Shown one piece after another: positions 22,020 through 34,113 of a stretch of 34,113 nucleotides of DNA. The notes beneath the pieces are model-generated. The model had not been told where the DNA came from. It did no database searches and saw only the letters and a program-made list of their open reading frames with translations. Position 1 is the first letter of the stretch. The number at the start of each line of letters is the position of its first letter. Source of the DNA: Paraglomus brasilianum (Eukaryota); the NCBI GenBank assembly GCA_910592345.1, contig CAJVPI010000345.1, forward strand, positions 1 to 34,113. Direction: 5' to 3'. Made by a program: the position numbers and the translations under genes.

Positions 22020-23700
22020 TCACATCCTCCCAGCTCCACTACGCGATTCGGCATCCATGACTTCTGAGCTCCTCGACAACAATTTAACAACGACCAGATA
22101 CAGAAAGACCAAGAATACCATCAACCATCTATGCCATTGATCAGCAAGACGTCGTTGCATTGGATTGTTCCGGTTATTATTGCCAACAACTTGGACATTC
22201 CGAATATTCTGGCCATTTGCATGCCTATTCACACCAATATTACCATTCCATGATGCGTCAGATGATTGCAACTGTCTGATGTTGTTCTGCCGACTGTGCA
22301 GTTGATGTTGTGTGAGAGCCTGTTTGGTCGTTTTGGATGATGGGGGAGACTTTGCTGAAGACGAAGAAGAGGAAGGATGAAGAGGGTAGAGAACTTCTAC
22401 TGATATTGCTTCCGGTATGCAAAGTTCAGGAAAAACCTCTGGAAAAGGCAAGGGAAAAGACGAATGAGCGATAAGACAGTGTGAGTAACGGCGAAATGGA
22501 ACGACGTGAAAGACAAGATTATATGCGAAAGTGTCAAACATTTAATTTTACCTTTGAACATTTTATTGGTTAGATTGTGTTGATGTGATCGTGAAGCATA
22601 TATTATTTTATCTGCATCGGTGGTCTTGATACTGCCTGTGGTGGCCTCGTCACTGCACTGTCGTTATTTAAATAAAAGAATAATTAATAAAGAAACATAT
22701 CGAGTATGCGACTTTCACTGTATATATTTACCATAAAACTAAGCAACCCATTTAATATCGTGGCAACGCTCCAACCAGGATTCCAGGAACTTGGATGGAA
22801 ATCAGACATTGACAGACATAACCTTGCTTCTGGGAGAAATCTTCCTATAAGTAGAGTAAGAAGAAAAAACAAAGATTATTACGAATGTAAACAGAAAATT
22901 AATAAAGAGTGTATGTCGAGAGTGCAAAAAGTTTCGTACCAGATGGAGTCGTCATTCGAATGGAAGGTGGCTTGAACGGATACTCTGATGGGAAAACAAT
23001 AACTCCTGCATAAAAAAAGAAAAGAAAATCGGTTAAAACGTGATAATGAATTGTGTTTAGGAGATTATGTTTAGTGGCATTGCACTTGCCGTGAAATTCT
23101 CCATTATGATAAGGCGTGTCGGGTGGGCCACGGATCACATAATGCCTGCCGCAATCAAAAGTATGGATGTATTGTTAGAAAGAACATAATTCGTAAGTGG
23201 TTCTTTTCCACTAAAGCATGAACAAGGGGTCTATGATACAATAGACCTGGTGTTATACTTTCATTCTACGTTATAAATCCTATTCTGCATGTCCTTCCTT
23301 ATAAACACACTTTCTAACAATACAATTATTCCCAACAAGGTCTGTACATTCCTTTTCTCGCGCTCCCGTCTACATTCTTTCAATTCCATTATCTATAAAT
23401 CTATTCAATTCTAACTCCTCCCTCAACCAAGTGTTGGGTTATTTATTCGGAATGGACTCTGTGATGATACTTAATAAGCTCGAGACTTACCATTCTAAAA
23501 TATTATTTTCCAAAGGCTTTGCCAGTAGGTACGGCGGTGGATTCTAAAATAAACAACATTGACTAGTCGTTAGAACTATAATCTCCATTACGCTTTCGCA
23601 CTTCTGTTCCATACCGTTATTCGACTTGATCTCGCCAACAAACCTTCTGAAATGCAGCATACTCTTTTGTAAGTCGTCTAGTAGCAGCTTTGGTAGCCAT
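22020..23700 (-). CDS. UBC6: Ubiquitin-conjugating enzyme E2 of the Ubc6/UBE2J2 type, tail-anchored; 289 aa, 7 exons
   Basis: Exons 23700-23644, 23543-23491, 23145-23090, 23005-22940, 22844-22732, 22657-22552, 22438-22020 join in frame (870 nt). Motifs [52 protein letters not shown]...[20 protein letters not shown] (catalytic Cys) and C-terminal [19 protein letters not shown]. Intron 3 is GC-AG. Confidence 0.96.
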
Positions 23701-24069
23701 GTGAAGTAGTAAAGACCAGAGAGATGTAATAATACAATACTATTGTGTTGATTTCCAAAGTGGTAAATATTATTACACTATTGTTCACCACACAGGGTTG
23801 CTTTGTACGGAAAATGCTATCCAACCAGCGATAGCGAAAGTAACATAAACTTGCAAAAGTATTGTATTAGGAGAGAGAGTATATATATAATGTATATACA
23901 ATATAAGAGGACGAGGGAGCGAAACGTAACTGTATGTAGGTACGAGAAGGGTAGAGAATGATGGGCGGGTTCGGGGCTGTATCTGGTATTGGGAGGGATA
24001 CAGATTCACATGACTCTGATGTGGCAAAATGAAAAATGAAAAAAATTGATCGAGATGCATATTTATTCT

Positions 24070-25830
24070 TTAGGGTTTCCTATTCAATAGCCGCTGACTT
24101 GTGTACCAAAAGGCATTCTTCCCGTAAAAACGATCTTTCTGGCTTTCTTTGACCTTCATAGTCATCCCAAGTTGAATTCCGAGTCTGCTTCTATTACTAT
24201 AAACAGTAATCTCAATATGAGAGAGATCAGCCATCAAGCAGATCATAATCACCTTTTTCTTTGTCTGTTTGGGCAACTTGGAATTCATTTTTAGCAATTG
24301 CTCGTCGCTTCAACAAACTCGATAAAAACCTGATTTGACAATGGTGCATTGCTCAACCGTTACGATGGTCCATTTACGGCAAACCACCCACTTAATTAGA
24401 AGAGGGCATTGTTATTAAAATTTCTTATCTCACCAGATAATTTATTTTTTAAATATCTCCACAACGCTACTCACTACTACTATCTTCCCCTCTACTTTCT
24501 ACCTCTGATGACGTCTTTGCAACGTCATCAAAGGTGAGGTTTTTCACCACCATCTGCCGCGTATAAATATTTGACGATGGAGATGACTGGAAGGACTATT
24601 GGGTTGGAGAAGTTTGTGGCGGGGAAAAAGAATTAATAATTATAATGCACGTTTGTGTCCAGACTAACAAATGAAAATTCCTGTACAAGTATGCGCACTT
24701 TATCTTTTTCGTCCAGATAAATCCAACTCCAGTCACTCCAGTCACTCCAATCACTTCCCGTTTCGCTCTCGTTGTGGTCTTTACAACCAAAATGTTGAAT
24801 AGGTTTATTTTTTTCCGTATTTTCCAACATTCTCTCCCAGATCTCCGTTCTCCACCCATGCATAATTCTACCCCGCGTATATGTATGTGTGGATGGTTGC
24901 TGTGCCGTTTCATCGTTTGAAGAGAATAATTGTGAAGAAAATCGCACGGGTGTTTGGGAACGCGTTTGGCTGAACATTTGAGAATTTATGGAAGTCAAAT
25001 TATTGTGTAGAGGGGCTGCAGATGCGGAATTATTAGGAGATCTCCATCGATATGGTTGTGTGGGATGAACGGGCAAAGAAAGACACTGTACGCATTTTCA
25101 CATAATGAGTAGGTTGACATACGTAAATTTATAGACCAGGATTCCGATATCTTTTAAACATAAATTTACCTGTTCATCATTCGAGATAGATTCCTCTTCT
25201 CTGGCCCTTATTTCCTCCCAACCGAGTTCAAATATCTCGGGCTGTTTATTTCGCAATAAAGTTTTAAATGACTTTCCCAGATTTTGTTGGTATTGGCTAT
25301 AGTTTGGAGGCGGGTGAGATGATGAAGAAGATAAAGAGGGCGATGTAGGGAGGCATTCTGTGACTAGGTTTGTTATTTCTTGCTTTAGAGTTGGGCATGT
25401 TAATTGATTAGTGGAGGCACATATTAATATTTTTGTATCACTAATATTTAACCCAATTCTTACGTGCGTATCAGAATACTTTTCGTCGAGTCTTCCACTA
25501 CGTCTTTTATCAACCGGTCGTTGTAGTGTCGCGACTGGTAGGAATGTGTCTAGGGTTATGGAATAATGGATGTTGGCACAAATATGTCTATTTGCACAAA
25601 GGGCATGATCAAAATGACATCTTTACCAGGGTGATCTGGGATTTTGTTTATGATTGTCTTCGATATTCTATGTAATAAGTAAGCGTTTAGAGATTATTAC
25701 TAATTAATTTAATAATAATGGAATATGTTTATTCTATTTTAATCAACCTTGCGAATGGTACGTCCTCTAGCTCCTTGTTGGGGGATGAGAGGTCCTTGGG
25801 AAACTTGGTATTTGGTGTATGTTTCGACAT
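24070..25830 (-). CDS. Hypothetical multi-exon protein; 3' structure uncertain (in-frame TGA in the putative last exon)
   Basis: Phase-consistent GT-AG exons 25830-25748, 25667-25627, 25549-25464, 25382-25170, 25085-24699 and probably 24595-24503. A 107-codon frame at 24390-24070 (WVVCRKWTIVTVEQC...NAFWYTSQRLLNRKP*) is interrupted only by TGA at 24312-24310. Contains an SDW x3 repeat. Confidence 0.55.
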
Positions 25831-27352
25831 GTTATCTACAGTATGTATGGTTATTTGACGCGCTTAATAATTGAGCACGCGTATATCGATATTGGTCGCG
25901 TATAATATTGACATTAAACGAGTCGCTACCAAGTCAGCGAGTTGTTTTCCTTGTTGTTTCTTGGTTATGGCTTGCTTTGCTTCAAGTTTAATTATTCAAG
26001 TCTCTTTCTGGCGCTTTCAATAAAATCAAATTATCTTATTAGCTTGATTTTTCAATAAACCAAGACAAGCAGGCTCTAATCTTTTGCTCGAAACCAGTAT
26101 TTAAGCAAATTTTCGTCTGAGTTATTATTTTTCTTTCAATGTCCGTAAAAAAAAAGGTAATGCGACGTGATCTCCTCAACGACGGCTCTTCCGTCAAATA
26201 TTCTATTAATAGAGTTCCAATTAGTTTCCAACCATTTCTTTAATACGTAGCTCGGATTAGGTGGATGTGAAATGTTGAGCGAGTTTTAACACAAGGTAAA
26301 TGACTACAATAACACGCCTTTGCTTATGTCTTTGGAAACCGTCACTTTTTGCAAACACAATGGCCAACATAGCAAACTACCAGGATCGTGGTCTAGCTAC
26401 TAATTCAAATCTCTTTAGTATATTAATATCGCCCAAGCGAACAGACTGTCCTCCAATTGAAACTATATTAGAGTGCTGTTCTCTTCGCGCCTTAAAACAA
26501 AACATGTTGTATTGGTCATTGGGCCCTCAGCTTCTTAATTTAATATAATAATAACCACATTACATTTTAACGATTCGCATTATCAACATATCACGGGACA
26601 CATATCCCATAACATTCCTCAACTGGATACAAACCAGGGAAAATCTGTCCTTTTGACATCAATTCGTCACAATTGTTCCCAATGGATGGCATTCGGTTAG
26701 TACATAACCAACTAACTGAATCGTGCCTGTGTTGGAGCATAGAGCGAAAATGTGGAATCCTAATTGGGTCTAATAGACTCTTGTTATTAGAGATATGATA
26801 TTGGCACCTTACTGTTTTCACGACAGAAAAAGGAAAAATATAGTTTTGAAAAAGCAAATTCTTATTTATAGAACAAAAAATTATATCCGTGTTCAAATGT
26901 TCATTTTAATTTATTCAACACGAGATGCTTCAAGCTTTACTCGAGTGTTATTCCGATGAGTCGGAAGGGAAAACAATTGTTTTTTTTTTTAAGAACGAAA
27001 AACAAACGAATATAACCAAATTTACGCTCACTTTCAGGAAGTGAGCTTCGAAAGTTAAATAATACACGTACAATCTTACTAATGCAAATTAATATTAGTG
27101 CTATTGCGCTTTTTTGCGATAATAATAATGATAAGAATAATAATGACGTGCGAATAATTTATGCTTTATACAAACTGAAAGCTATTTACAAGATCGCCTT
27201 TCTATTATTTCAGTAACCCATCATCCCAATATCCATTTCCCGCTTGCTGTTAAAAGACATTTCTCATCCAATAGTGGTGCCATCCATTCGCCTCGTTTTG
27301 CGCCCATCCATTTGAGTCATTTCGTCCCATTATGCCTCCCCCAAACCTTTAC

Positions 27353-28969
27353 TCATTCATGTTGTCCATACGTCCCAAGTAAATCCTCAAATCCTCCCCC
27401 GTCTCCTGAAACAATGTCCACCTTTAATATTGGCTGCGCACCAGATGATGTGGTGGAATTCGGTTGAGTTGATGAAGAGGGTGTTGGAACAGAGCGAGAT
27501 GAAGCTGAGGTGTTAGTATTGGAAGATAGAAGTGGTGATGCACTACTATTAGACAGGGGTATAGAATGCTGCGATGAAAATTCGAGCGGGGAGGAGGCTG
27601 GAGATTGTGAAATGGATGTGGGCGTGATTTTGGTATTTGAAAATGATGGGTTGGAGTAACGTGTGGACGCAGAAAGTGTGGGTGTGAAATTAAGCACATT
27701 ATTGGCACTGTTGGCCCATTCCCCCTTTCCTTTCGACCCTAAACTCGCAGCACTTCCACCATTTGAATTTCGTCCTTTGAAAAACCTTCTTTTAGTATTC
27801 GTCGTACTTATCGTACTATGTGTGCTATGATTATCTGACGCCCCTGGTGTCGAAGCCCCGGACGAGTTGCTGTTGTGGGATGAAGGGAAACCCGGAAAGG
27901 AGGACAAGGAGGCGACAGAATTGGTGGCACTGTTTGTCATTCCGGAAGGGGTGACTAGAGTATCCGACTGGACATCCGCCGAAGAGCCAACATGAACAGA
28001 AGAAAGCGGTAACGACAGGGATGCTGGTATGGACGCGTGAGCCAGGGAGGCAATTGTTGTTGCAGATTGAGAATGAGCAATTGGATCTTGGTTCACAGAG
28101 GTGAGATTGGTGATGGCACTATTATTGCCGGTCGTAGTACTGTTGGTGGTATGAACACTATAAGCACTATGATTACTGCTAATATTACCATAGCCACTAA
28201 CACTCCCACTAGATCCTGGATTATTGTTGTTATGCACATTGTTGCTTGCTGATTTACTTTTAAAGAAACCTTTCCTTGAAGATAGCTTCGCTACTGATCC
28301 ACCATGCGTTGTATCACTAAGGCTTCCGCTTTGGAAATTTGCATCATGCGATGTAGTCTTTGTCATATGTACTGCAGCTAATTTTGTGGAAGTTGTACTA
28401 TTTGTTGGAGTAGAGGGTAGGGCAGTAATTATGGAGTTATTTTGGAGCACGGTGTACGGAGGAGAGGCTTGAGAAGCGGACGGATTAGCCAGTTGGTTTG
28501 GAGATTGGTTTGCTGCCGTAACAGATGAACTAGGTGTTCTATTTCGAAACAATGCCCCAGCCCATTGTTTCGCCCACCCTATGCGTTGACGGACAGCCCT
28601 ATTGATTGAGTTATGTTATGTTAGAACTCGGGGGTTTCGGTGGATGGTATCACATCGATATGAGTTACACTTGTAACGTTCTCTTCTATAGACGAAACAC
28701 TTCTTCCTCACCTTTTAGCCATCGTAACATTAACCTTACCCGAATTCTTCATGAGGAAAAGCATCGCGCAATTGCTCAAAAACAGCAACACAAAAAACAA
28801 GTCCCAAGAGCATATGCGAATTAGGAGAAGGTAAATCGATAAAATAAATAGCACGCGACGACGTTGTCGGACGAAAGAAACCTCGCGCAACACTGAATAA
28901 AATTAAAAGACGAATAAATGAGGTTTCTTGTCTAGGACTATAGAAAGCGTGTTTGCAACATCCTTTTGG

Positions 28970-29032
<63 letters not shown>

Positions 29033-30427
29033 ATAACTGTCCCCTTTCAAATTCCCATATCCCACATACCAGTTAGAGAGACTTTTGTATTAGGTTCGAT
29101 TTCTGGATATGTCAATAGAGCGATAAAATGCAGGGGAATATTTAAAAGTCCCGGATCTTTATTTCCCTGATGTCCAACGTTATTCCGTCGGGCTAGTTTT
29201 TCTACAGCCGGTCCTTCGACCCATTGCATTAAGGAGTCTACGAGGCTTGTAAGAAAGGGCCAGTAGTCTTCTATCGAAGAAGTAATTGCGGTGTTGGCTG
29301 CTGAATCAGTAGGCGAGAGAGTCGAACTGCTTTTGCGCTTATCACGACGGGACTTGGCGAGTGATTTATCAACGATGGAATGCACATGGTTGTCACGGCC
29401 TTCGCCACTAGACGAGTTATCCTCATCGTATTCGCTCACGTCGCTATTCCGTGCTATATCTTCTGCTCCACCATGGCGCAAACCATTCTCCACGGGAGCA
29501 GAACTACGCTTTTGTGGAGACATATCAGATGACGAAGATGCAATGCCATCTTTTGTGGCTTCGGTAATATCGAAGGCTTCAACAGACGAGGCAACGTCTT
29601 CGTTGGAACCGGATGAATCTGAAGCATAGCCGTCCTCGTCGAAAACCAGGTTATCAAGCTAGAAGAGCAATGACGTAAGTATAACCGTAAATTCGTTGTA
29701 ACGTATTGACTGTTAACTTTTGTTCCCTCACAGACTATATCCTGTGTTTAATCTGGATCTTATCCATACGTCTTCTCTAATGTTCTGTCCTCCCTCCCAT
29801 CTCATTCTTACATACGTTGTTCTTCTCAATCCAAGCCCTGACTTGCTTCAATATCTTTTTCGACGTCTTCTTTCCCTCGATCTCGGAAACGACCTCATCA
29901 TGAAGTATTGCAAATGATTCTTGAGCCTGACTATAGTCATCACTATGGGCGACTTATGATGACATAAGTGAGATAAGGGAAATAATTAATATATGTACGT
30001 TAGACAAATGGTTGTACCGCGAGTCGGAAAGGCATTAAAAAGCGATCAAGAGAGAGTTCCACTAGGCTTGTATAAGGATGACGAACAACGGCCGGGAGAG
30101 ACATGTACTACATGTGTCATAAACTACCCAAAATGCTGGAATAGTTATTGTACAGTCGTTTCGTGGTTCTGTCGACACATTGGTTGTCAATTGAAATTAT
30201 TAATGCGACCTCAGTGCTGTTACATTGTCCTCAATTTTTTGCTTTAGTAGCAAGCTGGTCATTTCCTTAAAATTCTATCCAATACTTTGTGCAATAACTA
30301 TTTTCACATTCACCCGGGCTGAGACATCTTCGCACAGACAGACTATTCACGATCTCACACCTACCTCTGTAATGTGGAAACCGCCTTGTAACGATTCTAT
30401 ATTCAGGCACGTGTCTTCTCTTCCCAT
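27353..30427 (-). CDS. Uncharacterised membrane protein: structured N-terminal half, hydrophobic hairpin, long Ser/Thr/Asn-rich disordered tail; ~773 aa, 7 exons
   Basis: Exons 30427-30365, 30265-30224, 30107-30018, 29926-29816, 29658-29070, 28892-28712, 28598-27353 join in frame with GT-AG sites (2322 nt). Reads MGREDTCLNIESLQGGFHITEEMTSLLLKQKIEDNYMSLPAVVRHPY...LLNIPLHFIALLTYPE...RQRRRVLFILSIYLLLIRICSWDLFFVLLFLSNCAMLFLMKNSG...KRAVRQRIGWAKQWAGALF. Confidence 0.82.
28973..29032. repeat. Compound microsatellite (CT)20(CA)10 within an intron
   Basis: Read directly; lies in the 29069-28893 intron of the membrane-protein gene. Confidence 0.95.
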
Positions 30428-32690
30428 TTCCCTCAGCTTGGTTTTGTCCCCGTTGTTGGAGCCAGAAGTAAGGTGAGTCTTGGAGGGTTTTCCAGTTTGA
30501 CCGCCCTAGACTACCTACTAAGCGTGGCGCCACGAACATCGGGAAGCGAATAAATGGCGCCTAGGAGGTGAGGGGGAGGGGAGGAGTCTGATGTGAGGCG
30601 TATGAAACAGAATGTATATAGAATGAGGATAAGAACTCCGAATAGCCAGAAAGCCTATTTTATCTAAATTGTAACCTCGTCTGTGTTTCTGATTCTGCGA
30701 TTGCTCTGATTGAATTGGCCAAAGGTATGCAGTGTTCGGATATGATCGAACAGTACGTTTATATATATAGTCGGGATGTGTTGGAGGGGGGGATTGATCG
30801 ATTAAGTTGAAAAAAGAGTCAAAAGGGGTTGGATGTGCGATAATATGTAATTTCACCATCAAATCTTTTTCTATGCTAATCGGGCTTTTCCCGTTTCATG
30901 TTTTCGGGTTTTGGTGTTAACCGTAACTGTTTTATTGATAGATTGATCAGTTGTGGGATGACACAATTTCTATAGGGCTGATTTGCTATTTTTGGGACGA
31001 AATGTGGCTTGATGAACCAATAAATGAATAGTTCCTACATAAAATCAGATGACTGTATTACCTTCATTACATGCATTTGTTCTGACGCATATGTAAAGAT
31101 GTAGAATTCTGTACAAGAGTTCTGACGAGTTTCCAGTGAATGCTTGTGATCTATTTTTCGAAAACAAACCCTGTTATCCGAGTGAATGAGTTAGTTTTGG
31201 GTGGGGAAATCAGCTACTGGCGTTGTGAGCTCGTCAATTTGGGCTGAGCCATTTACAATATTACTAATACATATTTCGTGTCTAATAAAAAAAAAACGGG
31301 CAAATGTGATGATAAGTTGATATGCTTTGATATTAGTATTAGTATATTAATATTAATGGTTATTGACACATAACTCGTTTATATTCCAATTAGAGACTTG
31401 ATGATATTTCTGATGTAGATACATTATGAGCTTATGGTAATTCAATACAATATTATTAGCATTTATTGACTCATCCAATTCCCACGAGTATTGACCAATG
31501 AAATAATAGTGGTTATTTATGGTTTATTGTTATTGAGAACTGTTCACTATAACTAGCAATTACGGTTATGAAAATAAACCGGAACAGCAAATAACAGAAA
31601 ATGAATAAACTATTGGGAGATAAATAAATAAAGAGTAATTTAGAGGAACTTTGGCCAACCAGGAAAATTGGCAAGTTTTAATCGTTCGTAGCGCGCTAGG
31701 TCTTGCCACTGTTTTGACTATTAAAACAACTGTGGGTAATTTAGAAAAGAGCGAGATAGAAAATAATTAAATTTGTTTAGACTGAATTGATGAGCACAAA
31801 TAAATTTACTCTATTATCGTTGATAGTGAACTGGTCCTAATCTCTTAAGACGTTTCAAAACACAAACGGGAAGAGATTACGTGCCGACATGTGAAAATGG
31901 TGACATTCAACGTCATGACCACTTCGTCTGGTTCGTTACTTATTACAGCAAAGCCCTTCATACTCGTGATTCGATACAGAATATTATGTAAAAATTTAAT
32001 TGATTTTTTAAGTGGCGTCAAAATGTCATTTAATTGATTAGCTCTATCTTAGTGGCTTTACATTATGTGTTGCCGTTTTTTCCTATCTGTCTTTTCTTCT
32101 TCTTTTCTTTCTAGATTTAAAAGTTGCTCGCTGTGCCTCTAAAGGTTAAAGATAAATAATCGAATGTTAATAATAGACAACTGTCAAGAAATAATTGTTA
32201 TACTTGAAAGTTCGGCGTTATTCAAATTTCAAACTTTGAGTGACATCCAGTCAACGTACGTGTACAAGAGCAGTTTCATGAAAGAGTTACGTACGCAAGC
32301 ACCCAACGACTTTGAAATTTTATTGAATCATGTAAACGTCATAGATTTTCAGCGCCGCCCTAATATACGATTGGTGTATGCGAATCACATGACTGAAACA
32401 TACTTGGCTGCTGCTCCTGTATTATAAGTCACGTTTGTTAGGCATCTCGAGATTGTCTAGCATATGTTAACGTTAGAATTTTGACCAATAAAATCGCACA
32501 ATTTTAATCGACATAAATTTCAGCGTTTTTCTCAAAAATTTGATGCTATTACTATTGAATTTCTCTGTAATATAAATCATTTTATTCATAAAAAGGGTGC
32601 CTCCACTTAATTAATAAAGACAACCGACATGACATGATAAACATAACTTCTCTTATCATTGAGGATGAACCAGAAAAAAAGGTTCTGGAT

Positions 32691-32912
32691 GAAGCAGCTG
32701 AACAGGGCTTGCTGATGCACAATGTAATCTTGGTTGGTATTACCAGTATGGACTGGAGTAGAAAAAGATGAACAAAAGGCAGCTAAACAGGGATATGCTA
32801 ATGCAAAATGTAATCTTGGTTGGTGTTATATAAGTGGAACTGGAGTAGAAAAAGATGAAAAAAAGACAGTTGAGTGGTATCAAAAAAGGATATGCTCTAT
32901 CTTGGTTGGTGG
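32691..32912 (+). pseudogene. Sel1-like repeat (SLR) pseudogene fragment
   Basis: Frameshifted SLR units: AAEQG/ADAQCNLGWYYQY/TGVEKDEQK and AAKQGYANAKCNLGWCYISGTGVEKDEKKTVEWYQK. The first unit lacks its AVEWY segment. The nucleotide repeat actggagtagaaaaagatgaa occurs twice. Confidence 0.85.
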
Positions 32913-33582
32913 TTCAAAGACACGTTTATTAAGTATTCGTAGCCTCATTGCTTAGTTATAAAGTGTATAAAGTGCTTGTAAATTGTGTGTTTTGCGCTTT
33001 ATGTGTTTATATATTATAACACAGATAATAGTTAAAACTTATGTCGCTTTCTGCTTCCAAAGCATTAACTTTTAGGCGTTTCAGCTAGCACACAATGCGT
33101 TTTTCAAAGCGTCTTGTATTACAATGTCATTAGATTTATCATACAAGCATGCTGGTATGTCAATCACTTAATTTTCGTTTTGACTTGACGTGGTCTTAAT
33201 TATTATCATTTTTACAGCCCAACTATACTTCGAGTCAACTGAATAGACGTATCCTGGGTATCTCGAAAAAAAGCAACCACAGTACTGATTTTTTAACCAG
33301 TGTGCGTGTATGTGCATATCTGTATTGGGGAAATGAATTATTATACGCTGATTATGCATATACAGTAATAGCGCTCATACCAGAAGCAAAATTTATTTGA
33401 ATATTTTCTTGACAGGTGATAATTGTCACATTCACGTGATTCCAAAACGCAAAGCCATTTCGATTTCTGTGGGGATGGCTATTTTATTATTATCATAATA
33501 ATTTTAATTAATAGAAAATTTAGGATGAATTTTACGATGTTATAATCGGAATGTAAAATAATAAAATTAATATCAATTTTGT

Positions 33583-34113
33583 TTAACCCTCTGATATATC
33601 TACAAAGACAACGGAACGTATCAAAAAAATTCAAATTGCATGGAATTGCAAGTGTCTCATGAACTTATTTTGCTCGCGAGAAAAACTATTAAGATAAGTG
33701 TGCAGCAAATGTGACCAATTAACGATTTGTGTCCGCGATCCATCATATAGTCTGTGTTTGCATGTTTCATGCGCGTAGGCTCCATGTATATTGCATGTTT
33801 TATGCGCGTAGGCTCCATATAAGATTGCATGTTTTATGCGCGTCGGTTCCATATAAGATTGCATGTTTTATGCATGTTTTCGGTTCCGCCATTCAAATAC
33901 CGACAACCGTAAACATATTTAAAAACATTATCCCCCAAACTCTTTTAACCATGCTCATTTGAAAATGCTAACACTACCACCACCTCCTCCTTGGTCTCAA
34001 GCTCAAAACAGAAAGAAGATCTTGAAAGACAGAAATAATACCTCCTCTCGCAGTTTACAAACCACTGCCTTATTTCAGACATCGGCTCCAGTATCAATTT
34101 CAAGAGATCCGGA
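33583..34113 (+). mobile_element. Possible left end of a piggyBac-like DNA transposon (runs off the window)
   Basis: TTAA (33583-33586) is directly followed by CCCT, the known piggyBac target/terminus pattern. Subterminal 34-bp repeats and frames open to the window edge follow. The right end and transposase domain are not visible. Confidence 0.3.
33758..33873. repeat. ~34-bp tandem repeat, about 3.5 copies
   Basis: Consensus ttgcatgttttatgcgcgtaggctccatataaga; units start at 33758, 33791, 33825 and 33859 (partial). Confidence 0.92.

Noticed and set aside
23146..23490. Intronic snoRNA in the long UBC6 intron 2
   Set aside because: Only short hairpins (e.g. ggtctat/atagacc) are present; no convincing C/D or H/ACA box arrangement on the sense strand.
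5492..24390. Genome-wide TGA recoding in the host to explain scattered in-frame TGA codons
   Set aside because: The intact GT-like and UBC6 genes terminate with TGA at their expected ends. Isolated TGAs outside 18073-19585 are better explained as mutations or errors.
28037..29629. Plus-strand ORFs over the membrane-protein gene, including the SLSLSL/HTHT ORF
   Set aside because: Antisense shadows and microsatellite translation.
32164..32427. 87-aa ORF as a BTB/BACK fragment
   Set aside because: The resemblance is too faint and no diagnostic motif is visible.
33758..33873. 34-bp repeats as a CRISPR array
   Set aside because: The units are contiguous with no unique spacers, there are no cas genes, and the context is eukaryotic.

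Overview
Eukaryotic (fungal) nuclear DNA: AT-rich, with short spliceosomal introns. Decayed TPR and Sel1 fragments and an endobacterium-like insert point to an arbuscular mycorrhizal fungus or related Mucoromycota lineage (inference). I could splice four intact minus-strand genes by hand: a sterol 24-C-methyltransferase (ERG6/SMT1, 6 exons), a stand-alone glycosyltransferase-like protein matching the N-terminal domain of plant L-arabinokinase (4 exons), the ER-anchored E2 enzyme UBC6 (7 exons), and an uncharacterised membrane protein with a Ser/Thr-rich tail (7 exons). Two further genes are disrupted or uncertain: a PPxY-rich membrane protein and a multi-exon hypothetical. There are also several pseudogene fragments and small repeats. 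The most notable feature is a ~1.5 kb almost CpG-free block (18073-19585). It holds two convergent, intronless, decayed ORFs that read sensibly only if TGA = Trp (genetic code 4), suggesting DNA from a Mycoplasma-related endobacterium integrated into the host genome. A possible piggyBac left end lies at the right edge of the window.
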